Counted from the first letter of the whole stretch, positions 46,144 through 61,921 are shown. The stretch is DNA of 62,991 nucleotides, filler included, from 11 parts of 11 records of this genome joined end to end with filler, not necessarily neighbours in it; one strand, 5' to 3'. Notes: generated by a model not told the origin, from the sequence alone. Numbers and translations: made by a program.

Positions 46144-49100
46144 TTATAACTCTTCTTCCGCATAAGCTTCCGGTTCGTGTAGTTGCGACTCCGCCATATG
46201 CATCTTGCGACAGTTTTGTGCAAAGAAGCCACCTCCAGCCACGCTAACTGCAAGCTGGGGCATCTTGCCGTACGCCATCTGCAGCTGGAGCAGTTGCAGC
46301 TCGGCCTCTCGGTGCGGCATTCCTGCAGCCATGGCTCAGCAGCTGCCAGCGGGCTCGCCACCGGATCGCGCCTGAACATCCTCCAACCAGAACTGGGCTG
46401 TGCGGTAGAACGTCGAATTGAAATATCTGTGGCCTGGCTAAGAGGCCGACCCCGGTGGCGGACACCCGTCAGCGCTCGCATTGACAGTGGACTCCCAAGA
46501 GCTGCTTGGCCAAAAGAATTCAGAAGCTGGGTCGTTTAGCGCTCCCTGTGCCGTGCTCACTCAGCTGCTGAGGCGGAGGCGCACCTCGACCGCCAGATTG
46601 CTGTCGTTGTCTAGCATCCCGCCACGCCAGACGAGCATCCTGTTGATCTGATCGAGGTTAGGCGCGCCCCGATGGTCGCCCTCGACAATGCTCCGCATCG
46701 CTCCGAGCAAATCCGCACCTTGCGGCTTGAGACAGTCCATCAACTACAGCCAGGCGGTCAACCAGGCGCAAGTCAGTGGCGGCACCTCGAGCGCAGACAT
46801 CTCCAGTTCCAGCACCTGCAACGCCCAAACGCGCCTGTTGACCGAGAAGTCCTGCAGCCTCTCCCTTGCCTCCACCTCTGGGTACCTGCTCGCAGTCTAA
46901 GTGGTGCTCAATGGCGTCGCAAACCCACCTGGCTTGCAGCTCGGCATATTTGGCCTCAAGCGCACTGAGTGTGATGCAATTCAGGCATTGCCGGGCCAGC
47001 TGGCCTGGGCTCATGGCCCCGTGTGTCATCCGGGTGCTGTGCGGATACTGCCCCACGCCACACGAGCCCGCAGTAAACTCGTCGTTGCATAGCGCCACTT
47101 CCATATCCCGCAGCTGTGTCAGCTTCAAAGCCTGCTCGATATCGGCGGTCCGTGCGCCGGAGGGCTCGGCAGCAGCCAGTGTGAGCACAGTGAGTGCTGC
47201 ATGCGTGCGCTGCAGCTTGGAATTCCCCCGGGTGCATAGCGGCATCAGAGCCTCTGCTGCACGTCTACAATCCTCACTAGTTGGGTCTGCCGAGCTCTTC
47301 TGCAGCTGGAGCTGCCACTGCAACTGGAGTAGCGCAGTCTCTGGCTCGGAGCCCTGCTTGGCCCCCTCGAGCTCTTGCCGGATGAAGTGCTCGAGTGCCT
47401 CGATCGCAGGACTGCGGTTAGACTCTTCCACATCAGCTAGCACAAATTGGAGCATATCACCCAGCCGGCGCTGCCTGAACATGAGCGCAAGGACTTCATA
47501 AAAGAACACTGGACCGAATTGAGGGGTGATTCGGGTGACATATTCAACCAGCAAGGCCCGGCCAGCAACAGCGGTGGGCGCGCGGAGTGCGACATGTGCT
47601 AGGGTGGTACAGTCACAAAACTCCTCGGCCAACTGCTGCGCTGAGAGTGGGTCACAAAGCACCAGCTTGCATAGCACCTTAAGCCAGCCAACTCACCAAA
47701 CTGTAGCACGAGGTGGGGCACCTGTGAGCGCTTGCTGCCTTGCATCGGATTATGCCACGTTCCAGCATAGTCAGCATCCTCATAGGGCCCCTCAGCAATG
47801 TCTGCACCCGGCTTGAGCCCGTGAGCCCGGTGCGCTGACAGATAGATCCTCACTAACTGCACCAGTGACCGCTTGAGCTGGCACAACACGCCCATGCTCA
47901 GTTCAGCACAAGGCAGCTGATAGGCCACCTGGGGTGCCCAGGAGCCCTCAGGCCTATTAGTGACCAGCGTGGCCATCCACATAACCAGCTCATACAGCGA
48001 GTGTCGGTACTCATACGGCAGCCTCGGGAAGTGCACGGTCATCTCTTCGACAACAAATCCATCTTCCTTCTGTCGCTGCTGGTACATCTGGACTAGGGTG
48101 GCCAGCAAAGCTTCGTACATCATCGAGACAGCAGCAGCCACCTCGTACATGTCTATGTCGGCCAGCTGCTCAAGCGCCTGCTTGGCTTCCCATACCCCCT
48201 CCAGAAACTCTGGCAGGGAATGTGTGTAGCCGTACAGCCAGACCATACCGTTCACATTCGGATTTGCTGCCTCGTCGCTGCAAACGCAACACTCACAATA
48301 CCTAGCCCTGGGCCAAGTACCTGCGGCGTTTGATCCATGCCTCGCCTGAAGCAGCTTGCTGCGCCTGCTGGCATGCTGCTTCCCGCATCCGCCGGGTGGC
48401 CTCGCTGAACAGCTGGGAAACCACTCGCGTGTGCCCTGGCTCTCCAGTCTGGAGCTGGAATAGTTGCATTGATGCATAGAGCAGCGTGTGCTGCTGCAGC
48501 AAGTCGGCCCTCCCGGCCGGCCCTAGCTGGTCTAGCAAGCTGCATTGCCCTCGTGCAAACTTACCTGTCAAACTGCTCAGCCTGGGCCAGGGCAGCAGCT
48601 GGCACCTTCGAGCGCCAACATCTCTATGAACTTAAAGTGCCTCTGGAGCTTCTGCTGCAGCATCTCCATCACCTGCCGCCCAGTCGGCTGCGCCAGCGCT
48701 TGCCGGCACCAGATTGGCCGCGCGGTTGTCCCCAGACTCCACTTGCTGGAACGAGAGGATCCCAAAGTCGGCTGCCTGCAAGATGTGCTCCCTAGAGCAC
48801 TCGAGCACTGCCGCGTTCAGCTCGGCGGCCCCCGCATCTCCAAGCCCTGTGCGCATCAGACGGTCCAATTCGGCGGTCTCCTCCTTCCAGAAGTGTGCGA
48901 ACGCGGCCCGCAGCTTGGGTGTCAGCTTGTGATCTCCAGCGTCCCACTGCATCGGGTCCAGAAGGTTCAGGACGCCACACGGAGCAACGAACCGGGCCTG
49001 ATCCGCCAACACACCGACCGCCAGCACCGCGTCGCGCTCGCCGAGGTTGAGCATTGAGCTTGATCTGAACAGAGGTTCGCGAGCGCGAGGCAGTTGGACT

Positions 49101-49582
49101 GCGACTCGCGGGAACACGGCAAACGCAGCAAACTGCACCGCAACAAACGCCACAGGCAGCGCATCCGAGCAGCCCAGCTCGGCCAGCCGCCAGGTGGCCA
49201 CCTCGCTGAACTGATCGGGCCGGTCGGCCGGCCAGTGTGGCTTGCCGGAGCTGAGTGGCACTGATAGCTCGACCACTCGCAGCCCTCCGTCAGCCTGATC
49301 GAGCACAAGCAGACGGGCATCTGAGTCAGTCAGCTCGGCGGTGCAGACAGCAGTGAACCGGCAGTGGCCGGTGCCCAGCTGCGGCTCGCCCTGAGGGAAG
49401 ATGCCCTCGAGCGCATTGTCGGCGAGCTTGCGAGGGAAGCTGTGGCTGCTATTGAGTGCCCAGAGCTCGAGACAGAACAGCCCAGCCTGCTGCTTGAGCA
49501 AGTAGCACCACACCTCGCTCTGCCCCTGGCGGCCCTCGATCGAGGTGCAGCTGAGGTACTGTGGCAGTTCTGCCTCAGCTGG
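46144..49582 (-). CDS. NUP133: Nucleoporin Nup133-like (5' partial)
   Basis: Beta-rich N-part then helical stack with LQQKLQRHFKFIEML and QLAEEFCDCTTL...QFGPVFFYEVLALMFRQRRLGDML, resembling Nup133 motifs (LAEKYCDF). Confidence 0.6.
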
Positions 49583-49864
49583 NNNNNNNNNNNNNNNNNN
49601 NNNNNNNNNNNNNNNNNNNNNNNNNNTTAATTAATTAANNNNNNNNNNNNNNNNNNNNNNNNNNNNNNNNNNNNNNNNNNNNAAGAATGCATTCTCAAAA
49701 CTTAGTCGCTACGAGTACTTCAATCCAAGAATTTATCTGACAAAAATGATGCGATGTGGCGGCTCATATGTAGCATTATTGTGTATCTCAAAAAGAGAAC
49801 GTGAGTATTGAATCAGAGTATCGATCAGTCGAGCCACCTCGAGCAATGCTATGCTTGGTAGAAT

Positions 49865-52405
<2,541 letters not shown>

Positions 52406-52733
52406 AATAGAACCTGAAGACGGGCTGCAACACTTCTCACGTTACCATTTCATGAATTTATTAAAGGATTGCTTTTACTTGTAAAATATATTTGTAGAAG
52501 TCTTATCAGATTGAATTTAATCCTATAGTACATGTACGTAATTATAAATGATAAAATGACGAAACTTAGACGGAACTGATCAACTGATTATGTAGGTGTT
52601 GATACTTGTGAAATACTTGTGAACCACTCACTACAATCATGTGATCCCCTCACAGCAACAGCACCTCAACGCTTCTGCGCCACCACATGCTCATGGACCC
52701 CAGTCCTCCAGCCCCTTACTTATATACAAGCCC

Positions 52734-55483
52734 TTACTGCGGCTCTGCGTCCTGCGGTCTGGGCTCCTTCGAAGGAGAGAGCCCAATCTCCTCTAGTGCG
52801 GCCAGCAACAGCTCGTCCATCTCCACCGGCTCTGGCTCAGGAGCAGCGGTCTCGAGCTCCTCCGGCTCCTTTGGCGTGAACAGCTTCAAGCTGCTCGTGT
52901 ATGGGTCTAGCCGCAGGGTCTGGCTCTCATCATCCATTAGTGTCCAACTGGAGATGGCTCCCTCCGCTGCTTTGTCACACGTGAACTCATCACCCGCAAA
53001 GCCAAGATACCACCCCCTGTCTGCTTCCTCGCGGCAGAGTAAGCTGAATTCCATGGACCCCTCGGTCGTTGACTTGACCAGTTCGAACTGGGAGGCCGGC
53101 TCGAGGCATCCTTTGTAGTCCACTACACCATTCGATTTGATGCGAATGAGCTTGTTTGCGTCCTTGAGGGGTCTTCTATCCTTCAGGCTGCCACACAAGA
53201 GACTTAGTTACAGTTCCGCACACGCAAGCGCTACACACCCGATACTGAGAAAGCACCGATCTGTTGCTTTCTCGTGAGTCATGTAGAACTTGCATGCAAA
53301 TGTTGGCAGTGCCTCACTGCAGTGCTGCAGCTCGCCATACCCATGATAGTGATCCATAGTGGTCCACGGGACCCCAGGGAACGAGAAAGCCCGCCCGTCC
53401 CCAGGCCGCCCCTCGCAAGTCAGTTGATCCCTCGCTTTTTCCAGGAAGACCCGGTCTCCAAACGGAAGCCGGTCCTTCGCTGCCACTCTGGTTGTCTTGC
53501 CAAAAGACACGACAGCCTCCTCTTGGAGCGGGTGCGTCCGACCGTGCGCGGGGCCCCACCCCGAACTGCTCCGCTCCTCTTGCGCTTTATGCCAGCACCC
53601 GACCCTCCAGTTATGGCCGTCGATCATGGTTCTGATCTCAATTTCAATCCTCGTCACCTCCGCCTGAAGCTTGCCCACTTGCTTATCTGCCTCGGGGTAG
53701 CTCTGGGCCTCATGCTCGGCCTCAGCGAGCGCTTTCTTGGCAGTTTGGAGCGCCCCGTCCAATCGAGCCACGCGGCCATACAGATCTTCTAGTGCCTGAG
53801 ACCGTTGCGGAATCACTCTCTCGCCCTGCAGCAGGCTGGCGAGTTCTAGCTTCATTTGGGCCTCCTGCGCCTTCACGAGCTTCGACTGCACCTAGCAAAC
53901 CCAGCAGTCAGCCCGAGCCTGCTCTGGGTATGTGTCGACACCTCTTCTGTGAGGATAGATTTGGCCATCCCGGGGGACCTGAAGAAGAACTTGCCCGAGA
54001 CTATCTGCCCTGGAGCCGTCTCGACCAGGCCGGCCTTGGGGGTGTTGTAAGCCGGCTTGACTCTGCTCGGCTTGGGTGACCCAGGTTTGGTGTATTGCGG
54101 CTTTGAAAACGTCGAACTCGACCACGAGCGGTTAATGTCGGCTTCCTCCTTGAGCAGGACAACTGTGCCCATGTCGACTAGTCGGAGCGGACACGACTCA
54201 GCTTCTAACGAGGCCATCATGGCGGCGATCGCCTCGGCTGTGAGCGTGGGCTGCCCATTTAGCCAGCAGGAGAAGCAGAGCTCCTTGAGACTGGTGTTGC
54301 CAGCAAGCTTGCCAAACATCTCCTGTATCACTTTGCTGCCGATAGGATTCCCTAGAATATCCAGCGAGGTGAGAGTTGTATTCCCTTCCAAGGCTGTGAC
54401 GAGTGCCTTGCCACCAATAGGCCCGATCTTGTTACTGAAGGTGGCTGCATCGGCCTTGCTCCTCACGGTCCTGACTGACCGAATCGAGAAGAAGGCCTGT
54501 CGAATCACGTCCACGTACCTCGAATAAATAAAGTCGGCATCCTTGTCGTCTAGGTCCGTTGTCGACCCGCACCAAATCGCGTCGTCCACCAAGTTGCGAT
54601 TCGTATCCGTCCCGAGCTTGAGAGTCCGCAGCCCCGTGTGCTCTTTGATCAGCGTCGCCAGCGCCGCCGCCCCCTTGTCTTCTATCAGGCAGTTGGACAG
54701 ATTGAGCGATGCCAGCTGGGGACACTCGGCAGCGGCATGGGCCAGCGCTATGCAGCCCTCATCCTTGATGCATCCATCGCTCAGCTCGAGTGCCTTCAGG
54801 TTCTTGAGTGTCGGCATAACCTCAGACAGGAATCTCGCCCCAAAGTGCCTGCAACAGCTCAGTCTCGCCACCGCCGGGAGCTCACCGCATCTTAGTCCCT
54901 GCCACTGTGAGGTTCTCCAACGCTGTCAAGTGCTTGAGTGACATGGCCATTGCTCGAATCCCGAGGTCCTGGAGCTCTTCCGATACATACTCCACCAGCA
55001 GCTGCCGGACTGGCTGGTTCTGGTCGACCGCCACGTTCACCTGGGCCAGTCAGCCAGGCGCCAGGCTGCTGCTAACCTGGGCGACAAGCGCCTCGACTGG
55101 CGCCATCGGGATGTCGGCGCAGTGCTGTGCGTAGCTCTGCAAGAACAGACCGTTGTGCCACCTGTCGACCAGGCTATCAGCCCTCGCGGCAGCCAGCCGG
55201 CTACCGGGCCTGATCCTCGAGTCGGACCGGGCTGCCCTCGGCCTGAGGATCGAGCCCTCGAGACTCTCCTAACAACACAGGCTGCACCACAGTCAGCCAC
55301 ACGATACCGCGACACCGGCACCGGGCTATCTGTCTTGGAGCCCTTCCCGCGCTTACCTGCAGCCGCCCACGGTTCGAGCTGGGTCGGCCTCGGGAGCGCA
55401 CCTGGGGAGGCCTTTGACTTGCCCGCAGACCCCGGCACGTAATTGAATCTCCCATCTGGCGACATCTCGGCCGCCGCTGCCAT
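52734..55483 (-). CDS. RNI-type leucine-rich repeat protein with coiled coil and beta-rich C-terminus
   Basis: LELSDGCIKDEGCIALA, LNLSNCLIEDKGAAALA, NKIGPIGGKALVTALEGNTTLTSLDILGNPIG; ends approximate. Confidence 0.7.
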
Positions 55484-55784
55484 CGCGCCCGGGGACCCGC
55501 GCTGGCCGATACCCTTCTGCAGGTTCTTCTCCTACGCCCGCAGCTCATGCCCGGCCCGACTGTGGAGAGGCCACCCGACACCACTGATTGTGCGTGAGCT
55601 TCTTCGGAGGCGAGCCGCAGCTGAGTTTATTCATATATGCCCGATACCCTTCTGCAGCTTTCCCCGGCGAGTTTTCATTCCATTTCTTGCGGTGTACCGG
55701 CTCCGGCGGCTGCCCCGGCCAGTCAGCCGGGCCCTGGCCGGCCGGGCGCCTCGCTCATCGCGCGCGCCACGCCCTCCTGGATCA

Positions 55785-56400
55785 TCATCGCTGCCGGCTC
55801 TGGCTGAGGCGGGAAATCGACCTGCGCAGCCGCTCGCAGCTGCAGCCGGGCTGGGCTGCCTTGAAGTCGAACCGGCCAGTCACGCAGTCCTCCCCAGTCG
55901 AGTCGGTGAACACACCGCAGTAGCTACTCAGCGCGTCGGCCTGAGTGAGCTGACCGTCGAACCTGCCCGCAGCTCGCCCCGCGGCCTGCGGCACGGACCC
56001 ACCGGACCAGCTTGCCGCCGTGGTCCTCTATCAGGAAGAACTCGCCGTACTCGTCTATATGCCCCTCGTAACTCAGTTTTCCCGGCTGCAGCCGCCCGGG
56101 CTCGCCCCGCCAGCAGTCCGCCGGCCGCACCGGCACCCCCGCCCGGCTGCCGTTCCCCCGCCCAGTGACCCGCCCGTCGGCGCGGCACTTGAGTTTGATC
56201 CCTGGCCCAGCCGGCTCGGCTGCCGGGCCAGCAGCAGGCCAGCGCACCGCCAGAGGACAGAGGGAGCGGGATCACGTCGCCCCGGCTGGTCTTGAGCGTG
56301 CCGTGTATGGTGCAGCAGCCCGTGGGCCGGTCGATAGTCGAACGCCGGTGCGCTGTGGGCACCGGATCAGCTCCCCGCCAGCCTGGGCCAGCCTACCCAT
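55785..56400 (-). CDS. Hypothetical small beta-rich protein
   Basis: Open frame after removing four short introns: MAHRRSTIDRPTGCCTIHGTLK...LSYEGHIDEYGEFFLIED...RFDGQL...YCGVFTD. Confidence 0.5.
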
Positions 56401-56482
56401 CGTGGCTGCTCCTGGCGCTGCTGTGTCCTGTGGTGGTGCTGTGCCTGTGCCGCAACGGCTGCAAAATCTACGAAGTACAAAC

Positions 56483-57783
56483 ATGGTGTTCTCGCTGTCC
56501 TCCGTGGAATCGGAGCTGCACACCAGCTTCACCAGCCTGCGGCGGCTGGGCCGGACCGCGATCGTCAACTTCGAGGCCTTCCTCCGGGCTGACGGCCAGC
56601 CGGACACCCCGCTCCCCGTGGACCCACTCTCAGGCAAAATCGGCTGCGGGGTGTTCTCGCGCAACTCTGGCGGCAAGCCGTGCGAGGTGTTAGTCCGGCG
56701 GCGGGGATGGACCGAGTTCGAGACCGACAAGGCCGCACTCGGGATGACAGTGCGCGGGGCGCCCTACGCCGGCTCACCGGGGGCGGGCAGGTGGCAGTGG
56801 TGCATGGATCGAGCACCGCGCTGACCGACCAGGCGGCCGAACTTGGGTGGAAGCAGCACGGCCGGGACCTGTTCTGCCCGCAGGACGTGGCTGGGTCAGA
56901 CTCGGACGTCCGGATCCTGGTGCCCCGCGCCCGAGTTTTGGGCCCGAGTTGGTGTCAGGCCGGCGCGATGGCGGCACTGCAGCGCGGCGAGGCCGATCAC
57001 CGGATCCAGCTGGCCGGGCTCAAGCACTCGGTGGGGGCGCTCGAGAAGCGGTGCGCTCAGGCCGAGGCCCGCGCTGAGGCACTGGCCGATGAGCTGGCCC
57101 GGTGAGGACTGGCCGGCTGGCGGGGGCGAGGGTCGGGCAGGCATCGGGCTGCGACCGATGAGTCGACAGCTAGGGCCGAGAAGAGCAGGGTGCGGAGCGG
57201 GCTGTGCAGCAGGGGAAGTGGGGGCAGGCGGACTGGGCGGTGGTCGAGGGCGACGTGGGCGAGATGCGGGGCAGTCTGATCGAGTTGCACACAGAGCTCG
57301 ACAGCGTGAAAACAGCAGTGGAGAGTAGCCGTGATCAGGCCGCCGGACAGGCGAGCTGCCGGCCAACCCAGAAGCGAGCGGTGGTGTAGGTGACTGGGGT
57401 GGAGACGGCCGTGGCGGGGCTGGCAGTGAAGCTGGAGGAGTGCGACGCCAAGATAGATTGGTTGCAGCGCGAACAGGAGCGAATAGTGCCAGTGTCGGAG
57501 GCGGCTAGGGAAGACGTTAGGGAACAGTGCTGGAAGAGCGCCTCTGACCGGGCCACGATGGAGCACCAGAAGTGAGCGGCCGGCTGAGCGATGAGTCTGA
57601 CTGGCTTGCAGGGCAGAGCAGCTGAGACTGAGCCAGCTGCTGGAGGATGTGGAGGCGAGGCATCAGGCAGAGCTTAAGGCAGCGAGTTGAGGCCGGCAGG
57701 GCGTGACGGCCCGGCGGCAGGCGCTTCGGGCAGAGATGCGGTGCGGGCTTGAGCGGATGGATGCCAAGATACAGATGAAATAA
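56483..57783 (+). CDS. Hypothetical protein with C-terminal coiled coil
   Basis: ATG 56483; frames linked by short introns including GC-AG 57679-57720; TAA 57781-57783. Confidence 0.55.
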
Positions 57784-57958
57784 GCCTCGCTAGTGTCGCG
57801 TGCATTTTAATGTTACCCTGGGTACGTATGAGTTGCCTTGAATTGCCCGAGTACGACGCTATGAACGCTAGGCCGGTTGGAGTACTCGTTGGCAACGCGG
57901 CAAGTAATATGCTCTGATCGTAACTTATTTGTAATCTTATTTAGACATGCAATGCCAT

Positions 57959-59412
57959 TCATGAATATAAAAGGAGGTGCACACACAGCACGGTAGCCCC
58001 GAGGAACAAATATCCAGAGGCCGGCACTAGCCGCGCACTCGCTTTGCTGCTTTCGAGTGAAATCTCACAATGCTCGCCTCCCCAAAAGTCGACAGGGCAT
58101 TCGCACTGGGCATCTATGTTGCACATGCCGTGGCCACTGCACACACGGCCAGACGCATCCAAAGGACACTCCAGGGTACAGTCTGGGCCTCGGAAACTGT
58201 ACAGACAGTTACACGTCGCTTGACTACTGCTCTCATCCCAAACGCACGCTCCTCCGTTGCTGCACCCAAACACCGGCGTCACATGCAGGCGGTGGAACTG
58301 GGCAAGTCACCAAATGCTTGAGCCTGCCATTGGACACTTGGACTCGCACGACGGTCCACGGTACTCCTCACACTCGCACCACCCTGTGTGTCCACACCTA
58401 CGACCCACAGACTTAGGCTCTAGCTCGGCCGTAATCAAGACCTGCCGTGCCCCTTGCAATTCTGGTCCGGGCACACTTCTGCATCGATCTGCCGGATCCT
58501 GTGATTCCCAGTGTCGGCCAAGTAGAGCCGCGTAGTGTTGCGATATGATTGATTGTTCCAGGTAAAATACTTGCGGACAGGCAAAGTCTCAAGGTCCAGA
58601 ACCGGCCAGACGTAATCGCTATACCTGCATGTCCGGTCAACTGCACGGGGCTGGTGCATGATTATATACTGGGTTGGAGGCACTGCGACGCCATAGAGAA
58701 GATTGAACTCGGCTTCCGCAGCCGTTTGTTCTCCTGGCGCGAACCTGGGAACCGCATTCAGTACAGAATTAATAAGGACGGAGGCACCCTGTCTTGGAGG
58801 CAAACCGGGTGTCGAGATCTCCTTGTGCCCCCTGTTGCGTCCCGGCGTACCAGCTGAACTCGCCCTCGGGGGAAAAGGTCCACATATTTCCTGCGCACAG
58901 GTCAGGCTCCAGCGATGGGGGCTTTCACACCCTTTTCCCAGTCGCAGATGTAGCCCTGCCCTGCCTGGTTGAAAACTACGCTGCTCGACCGTCCGAGGAA
59001 GCCCGGTTCTGTGATAGGTCGGTAGGTCGACAGGTAATTGAGCCCGAGTGACGATACGGCCCACGACCTTGAGCCCATCAGAATCATGTTGGTTTGGACG
59101 TTCCACCACGGGCTCTGGCTTTTGATCACGTTGACGCTTTCCGTCGACCCGATGGGCAGGATGTCCTCGATCTGGTCAAAGTTGAAATAAATGGGCAGCA
59201 CAGGCCCAGCAAATGGGTGTGTCTCGTCCTCGTCTCGCACGGTGATGTAGCGTACGTCGAAGTTGGGGTCAAGCACCCGGCGCATCTGGGCCTGGATCTC
59301 TTCTTGGGTCTTGCAGTAGGTCCAGACTCTGAACTCGTCCAGCTGCCTGAGCACGGCTCGGGCCCCGGTCTAAGCGCGAGGGCCGCACCCTTTGAAGTTC
59401 TTCTCGGTACTA
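57959..59412 (-). CDS. Cell-surface protein: LamG-like end, NHL-like motif, EGF repeats, hydrophobic tail (5' partial)
   Basis: LDEFRVW; LYLADTGNHRIR; CSGHGMC...CEC, CNCLYSFRGPDC; C-terminal YLFLGATVLCVHLLLYS. Confidence 0.7.
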
Positions 59413-59512
59413 NNNNNNNNNNNNNNNNNNNNNNNNNNNNNNNNNNNNNNNNNNNNTTAATTAATTAANNNNNNNNNNNNNNNNNNNNNNNNNNNNNNNN
59501 NNNNNNNNNNNN

Positions 59513-59746
59513 GGACAGGTCGGAGCTGGCGAGTTTGATGGTGTGCTTGGGCTTCCTGCCCCGCAAGCCCGACTCGCTCTCAAACTCGGTCAGCGAGAGC
59601 AGCCGCCCGTCCGCTGTCTGCACCCGGATCCGCTGTCTGCCCCCGCTAGCGCCGGGGTCGTGCTGCAGCCAGCCGCTGTTCCCGTTGCACACCACCGGCT
59701 CCCCGTGGTACTTCTCCAGCCCCTTCAACCACTTCGCCGCCACCAT
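59513..59746 (-). CDS. SAND-domain-like protein (3' partial)
   Basis: PVVCNGNSGWL...LLSLTEFESESGLRGRKPKHTIK resembles SAND (VxC...TEFE...G...K). Confidence 0.5.
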
Positions 59747-59868
59747 CCCGGGGCCCACCTGCGCCGGTGTGCAGCCCACCGCCCCGCCGACGGTCTGCGG
59801 TTCGCGCTGCGCGGCTTCGCCGAAAGTGCGCCAGCGGAGTGCCGGTCGCACCGGGGGCGCTGCCCTGG

Positions 59869-61125
59869 ATGGAGGTGTCGCACAAGGGCAGCGCGGGGCT
59901 GCTGCAGCTGGAGGGCGACGGGCTGCGCTGGCGGGCCCGCGGGGTCGGGCCGGAGCTGCGGGTGGGCTGGGCCGAGATCAAGCTGCACTGCGTGTCGGCC
60001 AGCTCAAGCGCCCGGGCCCTGCTCAAGCTGGTCACCTCCTGCAAGGACCCGAAGGCCCCCGGCCTGGTCTTCCAGTTCACTTCCCGGCTCAACGCCGCCA
60101 ACGACCGGAACACGGTGGTCAGGGCCATTCTGGCTGGCACCCGGCCCAAGCCCGAACCAGCGCCCGCCGCTGAGCCGGCAGCTCCGGAGCCGGAGGTGAT
60201 CGACCTAACCGGCGGGCGGGACCGGCTGTCTGGGCTGCGACTGGAGCCCAAGCGCAAGCTGCTCACGGCCGGCGAGATGGCGGTGCTGCTGGCCGAGCGG
60301 CCTGGGCTCCGGGCCGAGTACGAGGCTACCGTGCCCTTGATCAAGTCCGAGAGGAGGTTCTGGTCCGAGTACCTGGCCTCGGCCCAGCTGCACGGGCCCG
60401 GGAGCCTGCCCAAGCCGGCCAGCCCGCCCAGGGAGAGGGTGCCGATAGCAAGTGAGCTGGACTTGTCCACAGAGTTAAAACAGCCGCCGTCCAGCAAGCC
60501 GACTGGAGTTATTGCCCAGCTCAACAAGGGCGCGCGCGATTTCGTCCAGAAGCTAGCCCCCCGGCCGCGCGAGCCCCAGCTGCCAGTGCAGGAGCACCTG
60601 GCCCCGCCGCCCGCAGCCCGGCCGCTCCAGCTCCCACCGGCCAAGCGCGCCCGCCCGGCCAAGCGGCCCGAGCAGGCGCGGCCGGACCGCAGGCCCAAGA
60701 TCCCGCTGGGACGGCCGGTCCGGCTGGCGAGTGCGTTCGGGTGCCCGGAGGCGGCGCACGAGGCCATCAGTGAGGTGGTCGCGATGGCTCAGCCGGGCAG
60801 GGCGAGGGAGTCAGTCCCGCCGGAGGAGGCCGGGATCTGCAGCAAGGTGCGAGCCGATCGGGCCGGCTCAGCTGGGCGGCAGGGATTCGAACTGCTCCGG
60901 CACTTCTGGGCGGCGGAGGGCAAGCGGCAGACGGAGCTGCTTGAGCAGCTGCAGCGGATGCGGAGAGAGCTGAGCTCGCGCCCGACCAGTGCGCCAATCC
61001 AAGGACTCTGCGCCCAGCTCGAGAGGGCTTGTAGCTCTAGTGCCTCGCCCGCGGGGGTGCCGCTTGACGCGATAGCGGCCAAGGCAGTGGAACGGTTACA
61101 GCAAGCCTTCACCGTTGTTAGCTAG
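59869..61125 (+). CDS. GTF2H1: TFIIH subunit p62/Tfb1
   Basis: N-terminal PH-type domain (HKGSAGLL...LLKL...FQF..DR), BSD-like LLAERPGLRAEYEATVPLIKSERRFWSEY, C-terminal ELLRHFW. Confidence 0.72.
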   Translation: MEVSHKGSAGLLQLEGDGLRWRARGVGPELRVGWAEIKLHCVSASSSARALLKLVTSCKDPKAPGLVFQFTSRLNAANDRNTVVRAILAGTRPKPEPAPAAEPAAPEPEVIDLTGGRDRLSGLRLEPKRKLLTAGEMAVLLAERPGLRAEYEATVPLIKSERRFWSEYLASAQLHGPGSLPKPASPPRERVPIASELDLSTELKQPPSSKPTGVIAQLNKGARDFVQKLAPRPREPQLPVQEHLAPPPAARPLQLPPAKRARPAKRPEQARPDRRPKIPLGRPVRLASAFGCPEAAHEAISEVVAMAQPGRARESVPPEEAGICSKVRADRAGSAGRQGFELLRHFWAAEGKRQTELLEQLQRMRRELSSRPTSAPIQGLCAQLERACSSSASPAGVPLDAIAAKAVERLQQAFTVVS

Positions 61126-61375
61126 CATCTAGTCTCTTATAGTCTCTCATACAATGTAAGATTACGAGTAAGCTTTCAGAAAATTTATTTAATGATTTCA
61201 AAGAACTTTCTCATGAATGAGTAAGCTTGCATGTAATGAATGAGTAACTTTGGAACCATTTTTGAGGAATTTAATACCTATGTAAGTCAATTTTTAAGTA
61301 GCTCTACTCTGCTTTTCCTTGCGTCGTGCTTGTCAAGCTTTACTCAAGCAGTTAGCTTAGGAACAAGAGAGCTTG

Positions 61376-61873
61376 TACCCGGGCCGTACACCAACAACCT
61401 GCTCCGCACCGTAGAACAGCTCGAGCTCGCCCAGCAGCAGCGCGCCACGGTGCCCCCCGGCCCGGCCCGGCCTCACTCGGCCCCAGTGGCGGCTAGACCC
61501 TGCGGTCGGCGGAACCCCAAAGCCGCCGGCCGCCGCACTCGGCCGGAGCCCCGCGGGCAGCCGCCGGACCGGCAAGTGTCGGCGGGGGTCTGGCGGGCCG
61601 GTGTACTCGATGCTGACCGGCAGGACTATCGCGCCCACCCAGTGGCAGGCAGCTGGCCTCGGCTGTGCCGCTGACGGGGGCCCCGGCAGGATGAATTTGA
61701 GCTGCTGGTCCGCCAGATAGCGAGCAACGACCCGAGCCTGACCGTGGCCGCGCTCAACTCGGGCGACACGGCGGCTCTTGCAGCTGGGCTGCGGTGTGGG
61801 CCAGCCTGGGACCGGCTGAGCCTCACTGAGCCTGCAATCAAACGCAAGCCCGCATACTTGCAAGAGCCAGTAG
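61376..61873 (+). pseudogene. Possible LRR-gene fragment
   Basis: Spliced frame gives FELLVRQIASNDPSLTVAALN (LRR cap-like) but stops soon after; no convincing start. Confidence 0.3.
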
Positions 61874-61921
61874 CAACGGGCATCCAACTCGGTTGAAGTT
61901 TATTGTACACGGTGTCCAACG

